Shown piece by piece: positions 49,624 through 60,854 of a stretch of 64,000 bases of DNA. Position 1 is the first letter of the stretch, and each line of letters begins with the position of its first letter. A program made the translations under genes and the position numbers. The notes beneath the pieces are model-generated. The model saw nothing but the letters and a program-made list of their open reading frames with translations. It searched no databases and was not told where the DNA came from. The DNA comes from Alphaproteobacteria bacterium (lineage in GTDB: Bacteria > Pseudomonadota > Alphaproteobacteria > UBA2966). The DNA lies in assembly GCA_964291395.2 (NCBI GenBank), contig OZ219856.1, positions 1,152,001 to 1,216,000 of the forward strand, given 5' to 3'.

Positions 49624-50046
49624 ATGGCGCTGGAGCGAACACTGTCCATCATCAAGCCCGACGCGACCCGGCGGAACCTGACGGGTCGTATCAATGCCAA
49701 ATTCGAGGAGGCCGGACTGCGCATCGTCGCGCAGAAGCGGGTCCGGCTCACGCGCGAGCGCGCCGAGGGTTTTTACGCCGTTCACCGCGAACGTCCCTTC
49801 TTCGACTCGCTGTGTACATTCATGACGTCGGGACCGGTCGTGGTCCAGGTGCTGGAAGGCGATGATGCGATCCGGCGCAACCGGGATATCATGGGCGCAA
49901 CAAACCCCGAGGAAGCGGTACCCGGCACGATCCGAGCGGAATTCGCCGAGTCGATTGAAGCCAACAGCGTGCATGGCTCCGACTCGCCCGACACGGCGAT
50001 GGACGAGGTCGCCTATTTCTTCAGTGAAGAGGAAATCGTCGGTTAG
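49624..50046 (+). CDS. ndk: Nucleoside diphosphate kinase
   Basis: [23 protein letters not shown]. Confidence 0.97.
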   Translation: MALERTLSIIKPDATRRNLTGRINAKFEEAGLRIVAQKRVRLTRERAEGFYAVHRERPFFDSLCTFMTSGPVVVQVLEGDDAIRRNRDIMGATNPEEAVPGTIRAEFAESIEANSVHGSDSPDTAMDEVAYFFSEEEIVG

Positions 50047-50696
50047 CCTGCGATCGAAGGATTGGTCACCACGTCGGTGGTGCCGTCCGCTTCTTCGATC
50101 CGGACGATCTCGTCGACGACGCGAACTCGGCCCTCAGCGATCCATCGAACCGCCTGGGGTAAGCACTTGTGCTCGCTCTCGAGGACGCGCGCGGCGAGGT
50201 CCTCGGGTGTATCGGTCGGAAGTACCGGCACAACGGACTGGATGATGATGGGTCCTGCGTCCAAGGCGGCGCGAATAAAATGGACGGTACATCCGCTGAA
50301 CCTGACCCCTGACCGGATCGCCCGCTCGTGGGTATTCAAACCCGTGAACGCGGGCAAAAGGGAAGGATGGATGTTGATGGCGCGATCGTGCCAGGTATCG
50401 ACGAATGTCCCGGTCAGAATTCGCATGAAGCCGGCATTGCACACCAGTTCGACGCCGGCGCGTTGGAGGGAACTCGTGAGAGCTGCCTCGAACGCGGATC
50501 GGTCCGTAAACGCACGGTGCTCGATGATCTTTGTCGGGATTCGCGCATCTTGCGCACGCTCCAGACCCTTGGCGTCGGGCTCGTTGGAAATCACCATCGC
50601 GATCTCTGCGGGGTACGTCGGTTCCGCGCAGGCGTCGATCAATGCCTGGAGGTTGGTACCGCGCCCCGAAATCAGTACGCCGATTCGTAGGGTCAA
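50043..50696 (-). CDS. purN: Phosphoribosylglycinamide formyltransferase
   Basis: [31 protein letters not shown]. Confidence 0.96.
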   Translation of the reverse strand: MTLRIGVLISGRGTNLQALIDACAEPTYPAEIAMVISNEPDAKGLERAQDARIPTKIIEHRAFTDRSAFEAALTSSLQRAGVELVCNAGFMRILTGTFVDTWHDRAINIHPSLLPAFTGLNTHERAIRSGVRFSGCTVHFIRAALDAGPIIIQSVVPVLPTDTPEDLAARVLESEHKCLPQAVRWIAEGRVRVVDEIVRIEEADGTTDVVTNPSIAG

Positions 50697-51820
50697 AGCT
50701 TGATGTCTCCGTCGATCGCAACGCTCGGGCCTTCTTCCGCCTTGTCCAAGATCGAGCCAATTCGAAAGACCGTTTCGCCCTGATCTTCAAAGAAGCGGAT
50801 GGCTTCCCCTTCTTGCCGAGCGGCAACGACAACGGTCATCCCCACGCCCATGTTGAATGTCTGCAGGGCGTCGGACAGCGGAACGTTCCCTTCGTTCACC
50901 AGCCATCCGAACACTGAGGGCACGGGCCAAGACGTGGCATCGATTTCGGCGCGAACGTCTTCAGGCAACACGCGAGCGAGATTGCCGGCTAGTCCGCCTC
51001 CCGTGATGTGCGCCAGTGCATGCACGAGATTTGACCGAACCGCGGCAAGGCAGGACTTGACGTATAGTCGCGTGGGTTCGAGGAGTGCATGCCCAAGGGA
51101 CCGTCCGGGATCGAAGGGCGCCGGATCCGCGTAGCTCAGCGACACTTGGGCAACGATCGACCTTACGAGGGAGAATCCGTTTGAATGAAGCCCGTTCGAG
51201 GCGAGTCCAAGGACGACATCGCCGGGCCGCACACGTTCGCCGGTGATTTGCGTGCCGCGCTCCACCGCGCCCACCGCAAATCCCGCCAGGTCATACTCGG
51301 ACTTCGTGTAGAGGCCGGGCAGTTCGGCTGTTTCCCCTCCGATGAGCGCGCAACCGGCCTCGACGCAGGCGTCTGCGATGCCGTTGACGACCGCTTCCCC
51401 TGCGACCGGATCAAGTTTTCCCGTTGCCAGGTAGTCGAGAAAGAAGAGCGGTTCGGCGCCTTGAACGACGAGGTCGTTCACGCACATGGCGACCAGATCC
51501 ATCCCGACCGTGTGATGTCGATTGACGTCGCGCGCAATCAGCAGTTTCGTGCCGACACCGTCCGTAGCGGCAACAAGGATCGGATCTTGGTAGCCGGCGT
51601 CCTTGAGGTCGAAGAACGCGCCGAATCCGCCGATCTCAACGTCGCCGCCGGGTCTTCGCGTGGCTGCGGCGAGGGGTGCGATCCTGCGAACAAACTGGTT
51701 GCCGGCATCGATGTCGACGCCGGCCTCGCGATAGGTATTCCTGGAAGGGGTCGGGTTCCGGGGGGCCTTGTTGATGGTGATTCCGATCCCAAGTATGCTG
51801 CTGCGACGTCCGCCGAACAT
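50693..51820 (-). CDS. purM: Phosphoribosylformylglycinamidine cyclo-ligase (start uncertain)
   Basis: YREAGVDIDAG, TDGVGTK, GGETAE, GLHSNGFS, HITGGG. Confidence 0.95.
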   Translation of the reverse strand: MFGGRRSSILGIGITINKAPRNPTPSRNTYREAGVDIDAGNQFVRRIAPLAAATRRPGGDVEIGGFGAFFDLKDAGYQDPILVAATDGVGTKLLIARDVNRHHTVGMDLVAMCVNDLVVQGAEPLFFLDYLATGKLDPVAGEAVVNGIADACVEAGCALIGGETAELPGLYTKSEYDLAGFAVGAVERGTQITGERVRPGDVVLGLASNGLHSNGFSLVRSIVAQVSLSYADPAPFDPGRSLGHALLEPTRLYVKSCLAAVRSNLVHALAHITGGGLAGNLARVLPEDVRAEIDATSWPVPSVFGWLVNEGNVPLSDALQTFNMGVGMTVVVAARQEGEAIRFFEDQGETVFRIGSILDKAEEGPSVAIDGDIKL

Positions 51821-51842
51821 ACTCAATCTAGGCTCGTTTGCA

Positions 51843-53000
51843 ATGATCCTCGCCGTGGGCAACGGGGCATTTCGAATTGCCCTTGTCTGTATGTTCCCGT
51901 ATGTGGCCGTTTTCGCCGGAGATTCGATAGCCCGCGCACAGTCCTCGGACTCCTTTTCCGTTTCGGATGTCGGTGTCGATGCGGTCGCGGAGACAGCCAT
52001 CGAAGCTCGCGAGATCGCTCTTGCGTCGGGGCAACGAGAGGCTTTGGATCGTTTGATTCGCCGTCTCACCTTGCGCGAGCACCGTCTGCAGATACCCGAG
52101 CTTGCGGATGCCGCAATTGCCCCACTGGTTCGAGGAATCGAGATCGAAGAGGAAAAAACCTCTTCGAAGCGTTACCTGGCCAACCTGACGGTCAGCTTCA
52201 AGAAGAATGAGATCAGGACGTTGCTTCGGGGAAACGGCATTCCGTTCAGTGAAACGCCCAGCAAACCGCTGCTTGTGCTGCCGGTTTACGAGGCGGCCGG
52301 CGCGCGCAACCTGTGGGACGATCCGAATCCCTGGTTGGTAGCCTGGCAGGCGCGGTCGGAACGGGATTCATTGGTGCCGCTCGTCATTCCGGTCGGCGAT
52401 CTGACCGATATCGCGACCATCGGCGCGCAGCAAGCTCTTTCCGGCGACGACAAGCCGCTGGCGGTGATCGCCAGGAGATATGGGGCTGCGGACGTGCTGG
52501 TTGCCCATGCCATCCTGCGTCACGATCTCGCCGCCGGAATTCCGCGCCTTTCCGTCACGTTGCATCGACACGGACCGGAGAGCAATTCAATCGTCGTCGA
52601 GAGCTTTAGCGGCGTGTCCCGAACGATGGTTGATGGGCTCCTGGAACGGGCTGCCGAGGAGGCCGCGTCGCAAATCGAGGAGAATTGGAAACGCCTGACG
52701 CTGTTGCGCTTCGAGGACGAGGGAATGCTCAGTGCACGAGTGCCGCTCTCGGGCCTCGTCGACTGGGTAGAGGTTCGATCTCGACTGTCCCGGGCACCCG
52801 AGGTCAGCAGAGTGGAGATACTCCAGGTAAATCGAGAGGCGGCGCAGGTCGCGCTGCACTATTTCGGATCGCCACAGCAGTTGGCCGTAACCCTCGCACA
52901 ACGCGATCTCGACTTGGTTGGGGAAGAAGGATCCTGGTCCGTGCGCTTGCGCGAGAAGCGAGGCGCCTTGGCCGGTGGAAGTCGGGCCGCAGACGAGTGA
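51843..53000 (+). CDS. DUF2066 domain protein
   Basis: Position divergent from purM, before the pgsA-like gene; AREIA..Q.EA, LWDDPNPW. Confidence 0.75.
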   Translation: MILAVGNGAFRIALVCMFPYVAVFAGDSIARAQSSDSFSVSDVGVDAVAETAIEAREIALASGQREALDRLIRRLTLREHRLQIPELADAAIAPLVRGIEIEEEKTSSKRYLANLTVSFKKNEIRTLLRGNGIPFSETPSKPLLVLPVYEAAGARNLWDDPNPWLVAWQARSERDSLVPLVIPVGDLTDIATIGAQQALSGDDKPLAVIARRYGAADVLVAHAILRHDLAAGIPRLSVTLHRHGPESNSIVVESFSGVSRTMVDGLLERAAEEAASQIEENWKRLTLLRFEDEGMLSARVPLSGLVDWVEVRSRLSRAPEVSRVEILQVNREAAQVALHYFGSPQQLAVTLAQRDLDLVGEEGSWSVRLREKRGALAGGSRAADE

Positions 53001-53539
53001 ACCTTCCCAACGCTCTGTCCCTGGGACGTCTCCTCGCCGTTCCCATCGTTGTCTGGCTTCTCCTGCAGGAAGCGTACGTCGGCGCGTTTCTGATATTCGT
53101 GCTTGCCGGGGTGTCCGATGCGATTGACGGCTACCTCGCCAAGCAATTCGGGATGGATACCGAAATCGGCAGGTTTCTGGATCCGATCGCCGACAAGACA
53201 CTCCTCGTATCGGTATACATCACGCTCGGACACCAAGAGATTTTGCCGGTCTGGCTGGTGATTCTCGTGGTGTCTCGCGATCTCCTGATCGTCGGCGGGG
53301 CATTGCTCGCATACACCATGTCCCAATCCATGCGGCCGACGCCGTTGTTCATCAGCAAGGTAAATACGGTTCTGCAGATTTCTCTGGCGGCGACGGCACT
53401 GGGGGATATTGCCTTTCAAGTGGGATTGACGGGACTCGTCACGCTGCTGGTGTTCGCCGTTGCGGCGAGTACTGCGCTGTCGGGCGCTCGGTACCTGGGC
53501 AACTGGATACGAGACAGCGGCATGGAACAACCCCGATGA
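52997..53539 (+). CDS. CDP-alcohol phosphatidyltransferase
   Basis: NLPNALSLGR, DAIDGYLA..GRFLDPIADK. Confidence 0.92.
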   Translation: MNLPNALSLGRLLAVPIVVWLLLQEAYVGAFLIFVLAGVSDAIDGYLAKQFGMDTEIGRFLDPIADKTLLVSVYITLGHQEILPVWLVILVVSRDLLIVGGALLAYTMSQSMRPTPLFISKVNTVLQISLAATALGDIAFQVGLTGLVTLLVFAVAASTALSGARYLGNWIRDSGMEQPR

Positions 53540-54609
53540 CCCGGCGTGATCGGATTCTCCTCTGGGTTATGGGAATCGTCGTATCAGTGCTTGTGCTGTT
53601 TTTTCTGCGGACCATTCTGTTGCCGTTTGTCGTCGGATTCGCGGTTGCCTATCTGCTCGATCCAGCCGCGGACCGCTTGGAAGCGGCCGGTCTCTCGCGG
53701 ACGCTCGCGACCACGACGATTACCGCCGGCTTTTTTGCGCTCGTCGTTTTATCGATTCTCATTCTTTTTCCGCTACTCGAGACCCAGACCACAGGCTTCT
53801 TGACGCGGGTTCCCGAATATGCGGAGCGGATTCGCGGGGCCGCCCTTCTTTTCGTGGAGGGTCGGATTCCCGGGTTCGACGCCGAGGATCTCGAAGGGAT
53901 GAGCAGCGTGGCGGCAGGATTCGCCGCGCAGTCGGTCGCTTGGCTGGCGGACGCGTTGACGGGTATCTGGCGCGGAGGGATCGCTCTATTCAACTTCCTC
54001 TCATTGACGTTCGTCACGCCGGTTGTGGCCTTTTATTTGATCCGTGATTGGGACCGCATCGTAGCCAAGGTTGACGCTCTCCTGCCGAGGCGGAACGCGG
54101 AAGCGATCCGTGAGCAGATGCGCCTCGTTGACGAGGCGCTTTCGGGCTTCATTCGCGGTCAGGGCTCGGTTGCCCTCATCCTGGGCGTGATCTTCGCCGT
54201 CGGATGGTCGCTGGCCGGACTGGAGTTCGGCTTGCTCATCGGCCTCGGTGCCGGATTGCTCGCGTTCATTCCGTACGTCGGCGCCATAATCGGTTTCGGA
54301 ACCGCATTCATCGTGGCCCTGGTGCAGTTCGGATTCGATCCGTTGTCCCTCGGCCTCGTCGTACTGGTGTTCGTGATCGGACAGACTTTGGACGGGCTGT
54401 ACTTGACGCCCAACCTTGTCGGCGGGCGAGTCGGGCTTCATCCGGTTTGGGTGATGTTCGCGCTCATGGCGGGCGGCGCCCTGTTCGGATTCGTCGGCAT
54501 CTTTCTGGCTGTGCCCGCAGCCGCGGTAATTGCGGTCCTCGTCCGCTTCTCGATCGAGCGTTATCGCCGGAGCGCCTATTTCCTCGAAGAGGGACGGGGC
54601 GAATCGTGA
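53536..54609 (+). CDS. AI-2E family transporter
   Basis: AYLLDP, FIRGQ, FIPYVG, VGLHPVW. Confidence 0.9.
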   Translation: MTRRDRILLWVMGIVVSVLVLFFLRTILLPFVVGFAVAYLLDPAADRLEAAGLSRTLATTTITAGFFALVVLSILILFPLLETQTTGFLTRVPEYAERIRGAALLFVEGRIPGFDAEDLEGMSSVAAGFAAQSVAWLADALTGIWRGGIALFNFLSLTFVTPVVAFYLIRDWDRIVAKVDALLPRRNAEAIREQMRLVDEALSGFIRGQGSVALILGVIFAVGWSLAGLEFGLLIGLGAGLLAFIPYVGAIIGFGTAFIVALVQFGFDPLSLGLVVLVFVIGQTLDGLYLTPNLVGGRVGLHPVWVMFALMAGGALFGFVGIFLAVPAAAVIAVLVRFSIERYRRSAYFLEEGRGES

Positions 54610-55286
54610 ATCACGCTCAGAGCCAGCTCGCCTTGGATTTCGGCCTGCGACAAGCCCTCGGCCGGGATGATTTCCTCGTCACCCCGTGCAATGGGGAAGT
54701 CGTGGCGTGGCTCGACCGCTGGCCCCACTGGCCTGGCCGCGGCCTCATCGTTCACGGTCCCGCCGGGTGCGGAAAGACGCACCTGGCGCACGTCTTTCAA
54801 GCACGTTCCGGTGCCCAAATCGTGCATGCATCCGATGTTGCGGGGTCGGGCGCACGTACGCTATTCGCCGATCTGGTCGTCGAGGATGTCGATTCGGGCG
54901 TCGACTCGCGGGCCCTTCTTCATATCTACAATACGGCGGTCGAGCGAGGCGGCAGTCTGTTGATGACGAGCCGGAATCCACCCCGATCCTGGGATGTGGG
55001 TCTACCCGACCTTCGTTCCCGAATTAATGCGGTGGGGTCGGTCGCGGTCGGGCTGCCGGACGACGCGCTGCTTGCAGCGGTATTGGTCAAACTGCTTTCG
55101 GATCGGCAACTCCGGGTCGGGCACGAGGTCGTGACTTATTTGGTGCGACACATGGAGCGCTCGTTCCGCGCGGCGCGCGACATCGTCACGGCGCTCGATG
55201 AAGGTTCGCTTGCGGATCGACGGGAAATAACGATTCCGCTCGCGCGGCGGATATTGGCTCATCATCAAGACGTGGAAGGAGACTAG
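54606..55286 (+). CDS. hdaA: DnaA regulatory inactivator HdaA
   Basis: QLALDF clamp-binding motif, GPAGCGKTHL, LPDLRSR, MERS. Confidence 0.88.
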   Translation: MNHAQSQLALDFGLRQALGRDDFLVTPCNGEVVAWLDRWPHWPGRGLIVHGPAGCGKTHLAHVFQARSGAQIVHASDVAGSGARTLFADLVVEDVDSGVDSRALLHIYNTAVERGGSLLMTSRNPPRSWDVGLPDLRSRINAVGSVAVGLPDDALLAAVLVKLLSDRQLRVGHEVVTYLVRHMERSFRAARDIVTALDEGSLADRREITIPLARRILAHHQDVEGD

Positions 55287-55288
55287 GC

Positions 55289-56068
55289 ATGGACCTCGGT
55301 ATTTCGGGGAAGAAGGCCATTGTTTGCGCTTCGAGCCGGGGACTCGGCAGGGCCTGCGCGTTTTCCCTGGCCCGCGAGGGCGTGGACGTGACCATAACCG
55401 GACGTACGTCGGAAGCTCTCGAGGCTACGGCCGAAGAAATCCGCAAGGCGACGGGTGTCACCGTTACCGCCGTGGTCGGCGACATTTCTACCGCAGAGGG
55501 GCGTGACGGTGCGCTCACGGCTTGCCCGGATCCCGATATTCTCGTCAACAACGCCGGGGGGCCGCCGCCCGGGAACTTCCGCGATTTCAGGCGCGAAGAC
55601 TGGATCAAGGCGCTGGATGCGAACATGCTGACCGCGATCGAGCTGATCAAGGCGACGGTCGACGGCATGATCGAGCGGCAGTGGGGCCGCATCGTCAACA
55701 TCACGTCCGGTTCCGTGAAAGCGCCCATCGACATTCTGGTGCTGTCGAATGGCGCGAGAACGGGCCTCACGGGTGCGGTCGGCACTATTGCCCGTGAAGT
55801 CGCCAAACACAACGTGACGATCAATAACTTGCTTCCCGGAGAGATCTTGACCGATCGTCTTCGCACCACGACCGAGGCCGTCGCCAAGCGAGAGGGGGTG
55901 AGTCCGGAGGAGGCCGTGGACCGCCGGATTGCGCGAATTCCGGTCGGCCGATTCGGCAAGCCTGAAGAATTCGGAGAAGCCTGCGCGTTCCTGTGCAGCG
56001 ATCAAGCGGGCTACATCACCGCCCAGAGCATTCTGCTGGATGGCGGGCTGAACCCCGCGCTGTTCTGA
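55289..56068 (+). CDS. SDR family oxidoreductase
   Basis: MDLGISGK, ASSRGLG, NNAGGPPPG, LSNGAR. Confidence 0.9.
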   Translation: MDLGISGKKAIVCASSRGLGRACAFSLAREGVDVTITGRTSEALEATAEEIRKATGVTVTAVVGDISTAEGRDGALTACPDPDILVNNAGGPPPGNFRDFRREDWIKALDANMLTAIELIKATVDGMIERQWGRIVNITSGSVKAPIDILVLSNGARTGLTGAVGTIAREVAKHNVTINNLLPGEILTDRLRTTTEAVAKREGVSPEEAVDRRIARIPVGRFGKPEEFGEACAFLCSDQAGYITAQSILLDGGLNPALF

Positions 56069-56076
56069 CGGCAATA

Positions 56077-57627
56077 TCAGGTCAGCCTGAGATCCCGGGA
56101 CCAGGATTCATACCGCTCGAGTTTGCGTGTGATCTCGGTATAGGCGGCCATATGAACGAGTTCTGAAATCTCCCCGGTGTCGCTGGGTTCGATCTGAATC
56201 AGGCCGTCGCGTGCATAAGGATAGCGATTGGCATCGCTCGGTCGGTCGACCACGGACGTATTCACCGCCACGACCGTCCCCGACAAAGGAGCAATCAGGT
56301 CGAAAGGCTTGCGATAGGCGTCGAACCAGCCGAACGGCGATCCTCGGACGATGCGGTTACCCGGCGTCGGCAATTCCACGAACAGCATTTCGCCGAGGTC
56401 CCGCTGTGCGAAGTCAGTCAATCCGATCGTGGCTCGCCCACCGGGCTCCGTCCCCACCCATAGATGATCTTCGCTGTAGCGCAGTCCGTAAGGAGACATG
56501 GTGTTCACCCTGGCGTCGTCCCGAACCCGCCGTTCACGGAAGGGGTAGGCGATGATGCTGGCGTCGTAGTGCGCGTCGCGCACTCCGATCTGGATGACGT
56601 TGCCGTCTTGGGCATGGGGGCTCGCGACGAAGCCCAACCCCAGGCTCGAGGCGCCGCCCAGCAGATCAGGAGACAACGGACCGCTCGTAACTTGTCCGAT
56701 CCGTTCGCCGTCCTTGAAGATGGGGTATCCGTGGCGGATCGTGCGACAGCCGTCCGCTGCAAGTCCCACCAATTTCCGTGGTGTTCCCTGTTCGGCGACG
56801 GCGGCCAGCGCATCGCGGCCAATGAAATCCTTGTAAAGCTTCACCACCCATCCAAGGCCGACCTCGTACGGGTAAGTCCGGTCATCCATGTCATTGCCGT
56901 TGAGCAGGTAGCCGGCTTCGGTGCGCGCGCTTTCGCGGGCGGCCACTCCGTGCGGCACGATCCCCAGCGGACGCCCGGCGCGTATCAATGCCTCCCACAC
57001 GCAAGGGGCCAGGTCTCGGGAAACGCAGATCTCGTACCCCCTTTCGCCGGTATACCCGATGCGGCTGATAATGCAGCGAACCTCCAGTTCGCGGGTCATG
57101 ACGGAGGCCTCCGCAAGCCGATAGTAAGCCATCTCCGAAAGGTCGGCCTCGGTGATCTTTTGCAGGACCTCGCTTGAATACGGACCCTGGAGGGCGATGA
57201 GGGCCAGATCCGTCGACAGATTCCGCACGTGCACGTCGAGACCTTCGGCGTGCTTCAGGACCCAGCGATAATCTTCGTCGGTCTTGGTGACGTTGACGAC
57301 CCAGATGAACCGGTCTTCCGCCAGTCGGAGGCAAACCAGGTCGTCGATGACGTGACCGTTTTCGTCACACATGACGGTATAAAGGGCTTGGTTGGCGTCC
57401 AAGCGGGCGGCATCGTTGGTGATCAGCCTGTCCACAAGCGTCAACGCGTCCCTGCCGGTAAATTCGAGCTCTCCCATGTGGGAAACGTCACAGAGGCTGA
57501 CCCGTTCCCGTATGGCCCGATGTTCCTCGGCATGGCCGACATATTCGACAGGGCGGGCGAAGCCTTTGAGATTGATGATGCGTGCCGCCGACGCCATGTG
57601 GATATCGAACAACGGTGTTTTTTTCAT
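56077..57627 (-). CDS. GcvT-like aminomethyltransferase fused to a C-terminal GcvH-like domain
   Basis: KTPL, DVSHMG, ALQGP, SRIGYTGERGYE, RTEAG; then RYSEDHLWV, IGLTDFAQRDLG, APLSGTVVAVN (H-protein pattern). Confidence 0.82.
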   Translation of the reverse strand: MKKTPLFDIHMASAARIINLKGFARPVEYVGHAEEHRAIRERVSLCDVSHMGELEFTGRDALTLVDRLITNDAARLDANQALYTVMCDENGHVIDDLVCLRLAEDRFIWVVNVTKTDEDYRWVLKHAEGLDVHVRNLSTDLALIALQGPYSSEVLQKITEADLSEMAYYRLAEASVMTRELEVRCIISRIGYTGERGYEICVSRDLAPCVWEALIRAGRPLGIVPHGVAARESARTEAGYLLNGNDMDDRTYPYEVGLGWVVKLYKDFIGRDALAAVAEQGTPRKLVGLAADGCRTIRHGYPIFKDGERIGQVTSGPLSPDLLGGASSLGLGFVASPHAQDGNVIQIGVRDAHYDASIIAYPFRERRVRDDARVNTMSPYGLRYSEDHLWVGTEPGGRATIGLTDFAQRDLGEMLFVELPTPGNRIVRGSPFGWFDAYRKPFDLIAPLSGTVVAVNTSVVDRPSDANRYPYARDGLIQIEPSDTGEISELVHMAAYTEITRKLERYESWSRDLRLT

Positions 57628-57894
57628 GGCTTCCTGCTCGGCGTTTCAATCGGTGGGGGGACACGCGGAAGGTTCGTCGGCGACATTCTTCGGAGACCAG
57701 CGCACGTCGTTCTCACTACCGCAGGGTACGACAAACGAAGGCTTGCGACGCTGAGCCGCCACCCGATCGTAGAATACGGGAATCTTGAAGGCCCGCCGAG
57801 CGACACCGACCGGAAATTGTGTCAACGGCTTCTTGGCCTGCGAATTCCCGGCCAACCACTCCGTGTTCGCGGCGACGCAGTATTGGGGGATTGA

Positions 57895-58308
57895 CTAGTC
57901 CGAAGCCGGCAAGCCGCCCAAATCGTTGGAGTCGATGATCTTCCAGAACGTGTCCTTGTGGCTGATCTTTCCACCCTTGAAGTCGTACAGGTCGCAGCCC
58001 CGGTAATTGAATACTTCTCCGTTCACGCTTTGTCCGGTGACGGTCCATACGGTGACCGCCCGGTTCTCCGTCACGTACTTGTAGTCGTGCACCCATTTCA
58101 TATCGGGCACCACCTCGAATCTCTCGGCCAGGAATTCGCGTATGTTATCGCGTCCCTGGATGCGATAACCCCAGGGATCGGGGCCGCGCGCCGTCGCGAA
58201 TATTCCGTCCTCCGCGAAATAGGATGCAATACGATCCGGATCGCGACTGTCGAAAGCCGCGTTGATCTCGTCGATCAGTTCGATCGTCACTTTTCCGTCA
58301 CCCGACAT
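57895..58308 (-). CDS. NTF2/SnoaL-like protein
   Basis: FAEDG, GRDNIR, GCDLYDF..GKI..KDTFWK. Confidence 0.85.
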   Translation of the reverse strand: MSGDGKVTIELIDEINAAFDSRDPDRIASYFAEDGIFATARGPDPWGYRIQGRDNIREFLAERFEVVPDMKWVHDYKYVTENRAVTVWTVTGQSVNGEVFNYRGCDLYDFKGGKISHKDTFWKIIDSNDLGGLPASD

Positions 58309-58667
58309 CGCACCCTCCCATTTCTTCCTGAACGAGACGGCGCGGAGATCTGTCCCGCGCCCGTGGCGGATGTTCGGGTGGTATACTATTTGCTCCTCGG
58401 TTCGTTCAACACGGTGCGACGCGGCGTCTGCGCGCTTGTCGGGTCAAGCGGGTGCACAGCGTGCACGACCATCCAAGAACGGCGGAGTTGATACCATCGG
58501 CTCCAATCACGAGATTCGCCGGAAATGTCTTGCCTTTGGCGTTCACCAATTCACCTTTCGGGCCCGTCATTCAAGGACCCATGACGATTTGCTAGTATGG
58601 AATGCACCTGCTTGCCTGCGCCGCTTGTCCGCCAGACTGGTTGTGGGAGATCGGAAGGGGCCGCCGC

Positions 58668-60854
58668 GTGACGACCGCTGAAACGCAACTTCACGAGACG
58701 ACGGAATCCGAAGCGTCCGCGGGAGAGACACGCCTGGATGAGAGACTAGCCGGGTCGAGCGAGCGTTTCATCAACCGGGAGTTGTCGTGGTTGGCCTTCA
58801 ACGAGCGGGTTCTCGGAGAGACCGAGAACAACTCCCACCCGCTGCTGGAGCGGCTCCGGTTCCTGTCGATCTCCGCGGTCAATCTGGACGAGTTCTATAC
58901 GGTTCGTGTGGCAGGCATACGCGGGCAGATCGCGGCGGGCGTTCGCGAGCTCAGTCAGGACGGGCTGTCTCCGGAAGAACAGTTGGTCGAGATCAACACC
59001 CGGGCCAACAGGCTGATGGCCGACCAGGCGCGCGTCTGGTCGACGCTCGTGCACCAGCTCCGCGGGAAGGGCATCGTCGTTCTCGAGCCCGCCGATCTGA
59101 CCGACGATGACAGGGAGTTCATCGGCCGGCTCTTTCTCGAGCGGATATTTCCCGTTCTGACGCCAATCGCGGTCGATCCGGCTCACCCCTTTCCGTTCCT
59201 TCAGAACCGCGGGTTTGCGATGGTGCTCCAGCTATCCCGCCGGACCGACGGTCACACGCTGCAAGCCCTCATCCCGCTGTCGCATCAGGTCGAAAGATTC
59301 TTTCGGTTACCGGGAAACGTCACCCGGTTCCTTTCGCTCGAAAACATCGTGCGGATGTTTGTCGACGAACTGTTTCCCGACTACGACGTCCTGGGAGAGG
59401 GGCTCGTTCGGGTACTTCGCGATTCAGACATACAGATCGAGGACGAGTCGGAGGATCTGGTCCGATTTTACGAGTCCGCGATCAAGCGTCGCCGTCGGGG
59501 CAGCGTGACGTTGTTGCTCGTCGACTCGGGAATGCCGGACGATCTGCGTCGCTTTGTCGCGACGGAGATCGGAGCGCCGGACGATGCGGTGACGGTGGTG
59601 GACGGAATCCTCGGCTTGGGAGACACGAGCGAGCTCATTTTGAGGCAGCGCAGCGAACTGTTGTTCACGCCATACAATCCGCGGCACCCGGAACGCGTCA
59701 GGGAAGCCGGGGGAAATCTGTACGCCGCAATTCAAGAAAAGGCTTTCGTGGTTCACCATCCTTACGAGAGCTTCGACGTCGTCGTGCAGTTCATCGATCA
59801 GGCGGCCGCGGACCCCGACGTGATCGCGATCAAGCAGACCCTCTATCGCACGAGCGATGACTCGCCGATCGTCTCGGCGCTGATTGATGCGGCCGAATCC
59901 GGAAAGTCGGTGACGGCCCTGGTGGAACTCAAGGCGAGGTTCGACGAAGAAGCCAACCTTCGGTGGGCGCGAAACCTCGAGCGCGCCGGCGTCCAGGTCG
60001 TCTACGGATTCGTCTCGCTGAAGACGCACGCCAAGGTCTCGCTCGTCGTTCGGCGAGAGAAAAACGGTCTCAGGACTTACGTGCATTTGGGAACCGGGAA
60101 TTACCACCCGGTGACCGCGAAGGTGTACACGGACCTCTCGTTCTTCACATCCGATCCGGTTATCGGCCGCGATGCCGCGGATATCTTCAACTACATGACG
60201 GGTACGGCGCCGCCCCGTCATCTGGACAAGCTCGTGAATTCGCCCCAGAACCTGCGGGACACTCTGATCGACATGGTGGATCGAGAGATCGCGCATGCTC
60301 GGGCGGGACGCCCGGCCGAGATCTGGGCGAAGATGAACGCCTTGGTGGATGGAAAGATCATCGATGCTCTGTATCGGGCGAGTCAGGCCGGCGTGCAGAT
60401 CGACCTCGTCGTGCGAGGAGTCTGTTGTTTGCGTCCCGGTGTCGCCGGCCTTTCGGACAATATTCGTGTGAAGAGCGTTATCGGCCGCTTTCTGGAGCAC
60501 TCCCGCATCGTATGCTTCGGCGCGGGGCACGGCTTGCCGTCGCCCGGTGCCAAGGTCTTCATTTCGTCTGCCGACTGGATGCCAAGGAATTTCGACTGGC
60601 GGGTCGAGCTATTGACGCCCCTGGAGAACCCGACGGTTCATGAGCAGGTCCTCGATCAGATCATGATGGCGAACCTGAAAGACAAGGCCCAGAGTTGGGT
60701 GCTCAAGTCCGACGGAACGTACGTGAGATCGGAACTGGACGACGAGGCATTTTCAGCGCATACGTACTTCATGACCAATCCCAGTCTTTCCGGTCGCGGT
60801 AAGGCGTTAGAAAAGTCTGCCCCCAGTCCGCATCTTGTCCTCGACAACGATTGA
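58668..60854 (+). CDS. ppk1: Polyphosphate kinase 1
   Basis: [41 protein letters not shown]. Confidence 0.96.
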   Translation: MTTAETQLHETTESEASAGETRLDERLAGSSERFINRELSWLAFNERVLGETENNSHPLLERLRFLSISAVNLDEFYTVRVAGIRGQIAAGVRELSQDGLSPEEQLVEINTRANRLMADQARVWSTLVHQLRGKGIVVLEPADLTDDDREFIGRLFLERIFPVLTPIAVDPAHPFPFLQNRGFAMVLQLSRRTDGHTLQALIPLSHQVERFFRLPGNVTRFLSLENIVRMFVDELFPDYDVLGEGLVRVLRDSDIQIEDESEDLVRFYESAIKRRRRGSVTLLLVDSGMPDDLRRFVATEIGAPDDAVTVVDGILGLGDTSELILRQRSELLFTPYNPRHPERVREAGGNLYAAIQEKAFVVHHPYESFDVVVQFIDQAAADPDVIAIKQTLYRTSDDSPIVSALIDAAESGKSVTALVELKARFDEEANLRWARNLERAGVQVVYGFVSLKTHAKVSLVVRREKNGLRTYVHLGTGNYHPVTAKVYTDLSFFTSDPVIGRDAADIFNYMTGTAPPRHLDKLVNSPQNLRDTLIDMVDREIAHARAGRPAEIWAKMNALVDGKIIDALYRASQAGVQIDLVVRGVCCLRPGVAGLSDNIRVKSVIGRFLEHSRIVCFGAGHGLPSPGAKVFISSADWMPRNFDWRVELLTPLENPTVHEQVLDQIMMANLKDKAQSWVLKSDGTYVRSELDDEAFSAHTYFMTNPSLSGRGKALEKSAPSPHLVLDND

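Noticed and set aside
57628-57894. Glycine riboswitch upstream of the gcvT-like gene
   Set aside because: I could not find the GGAGA/CTCTCAGG aptamer core on the minus strand.
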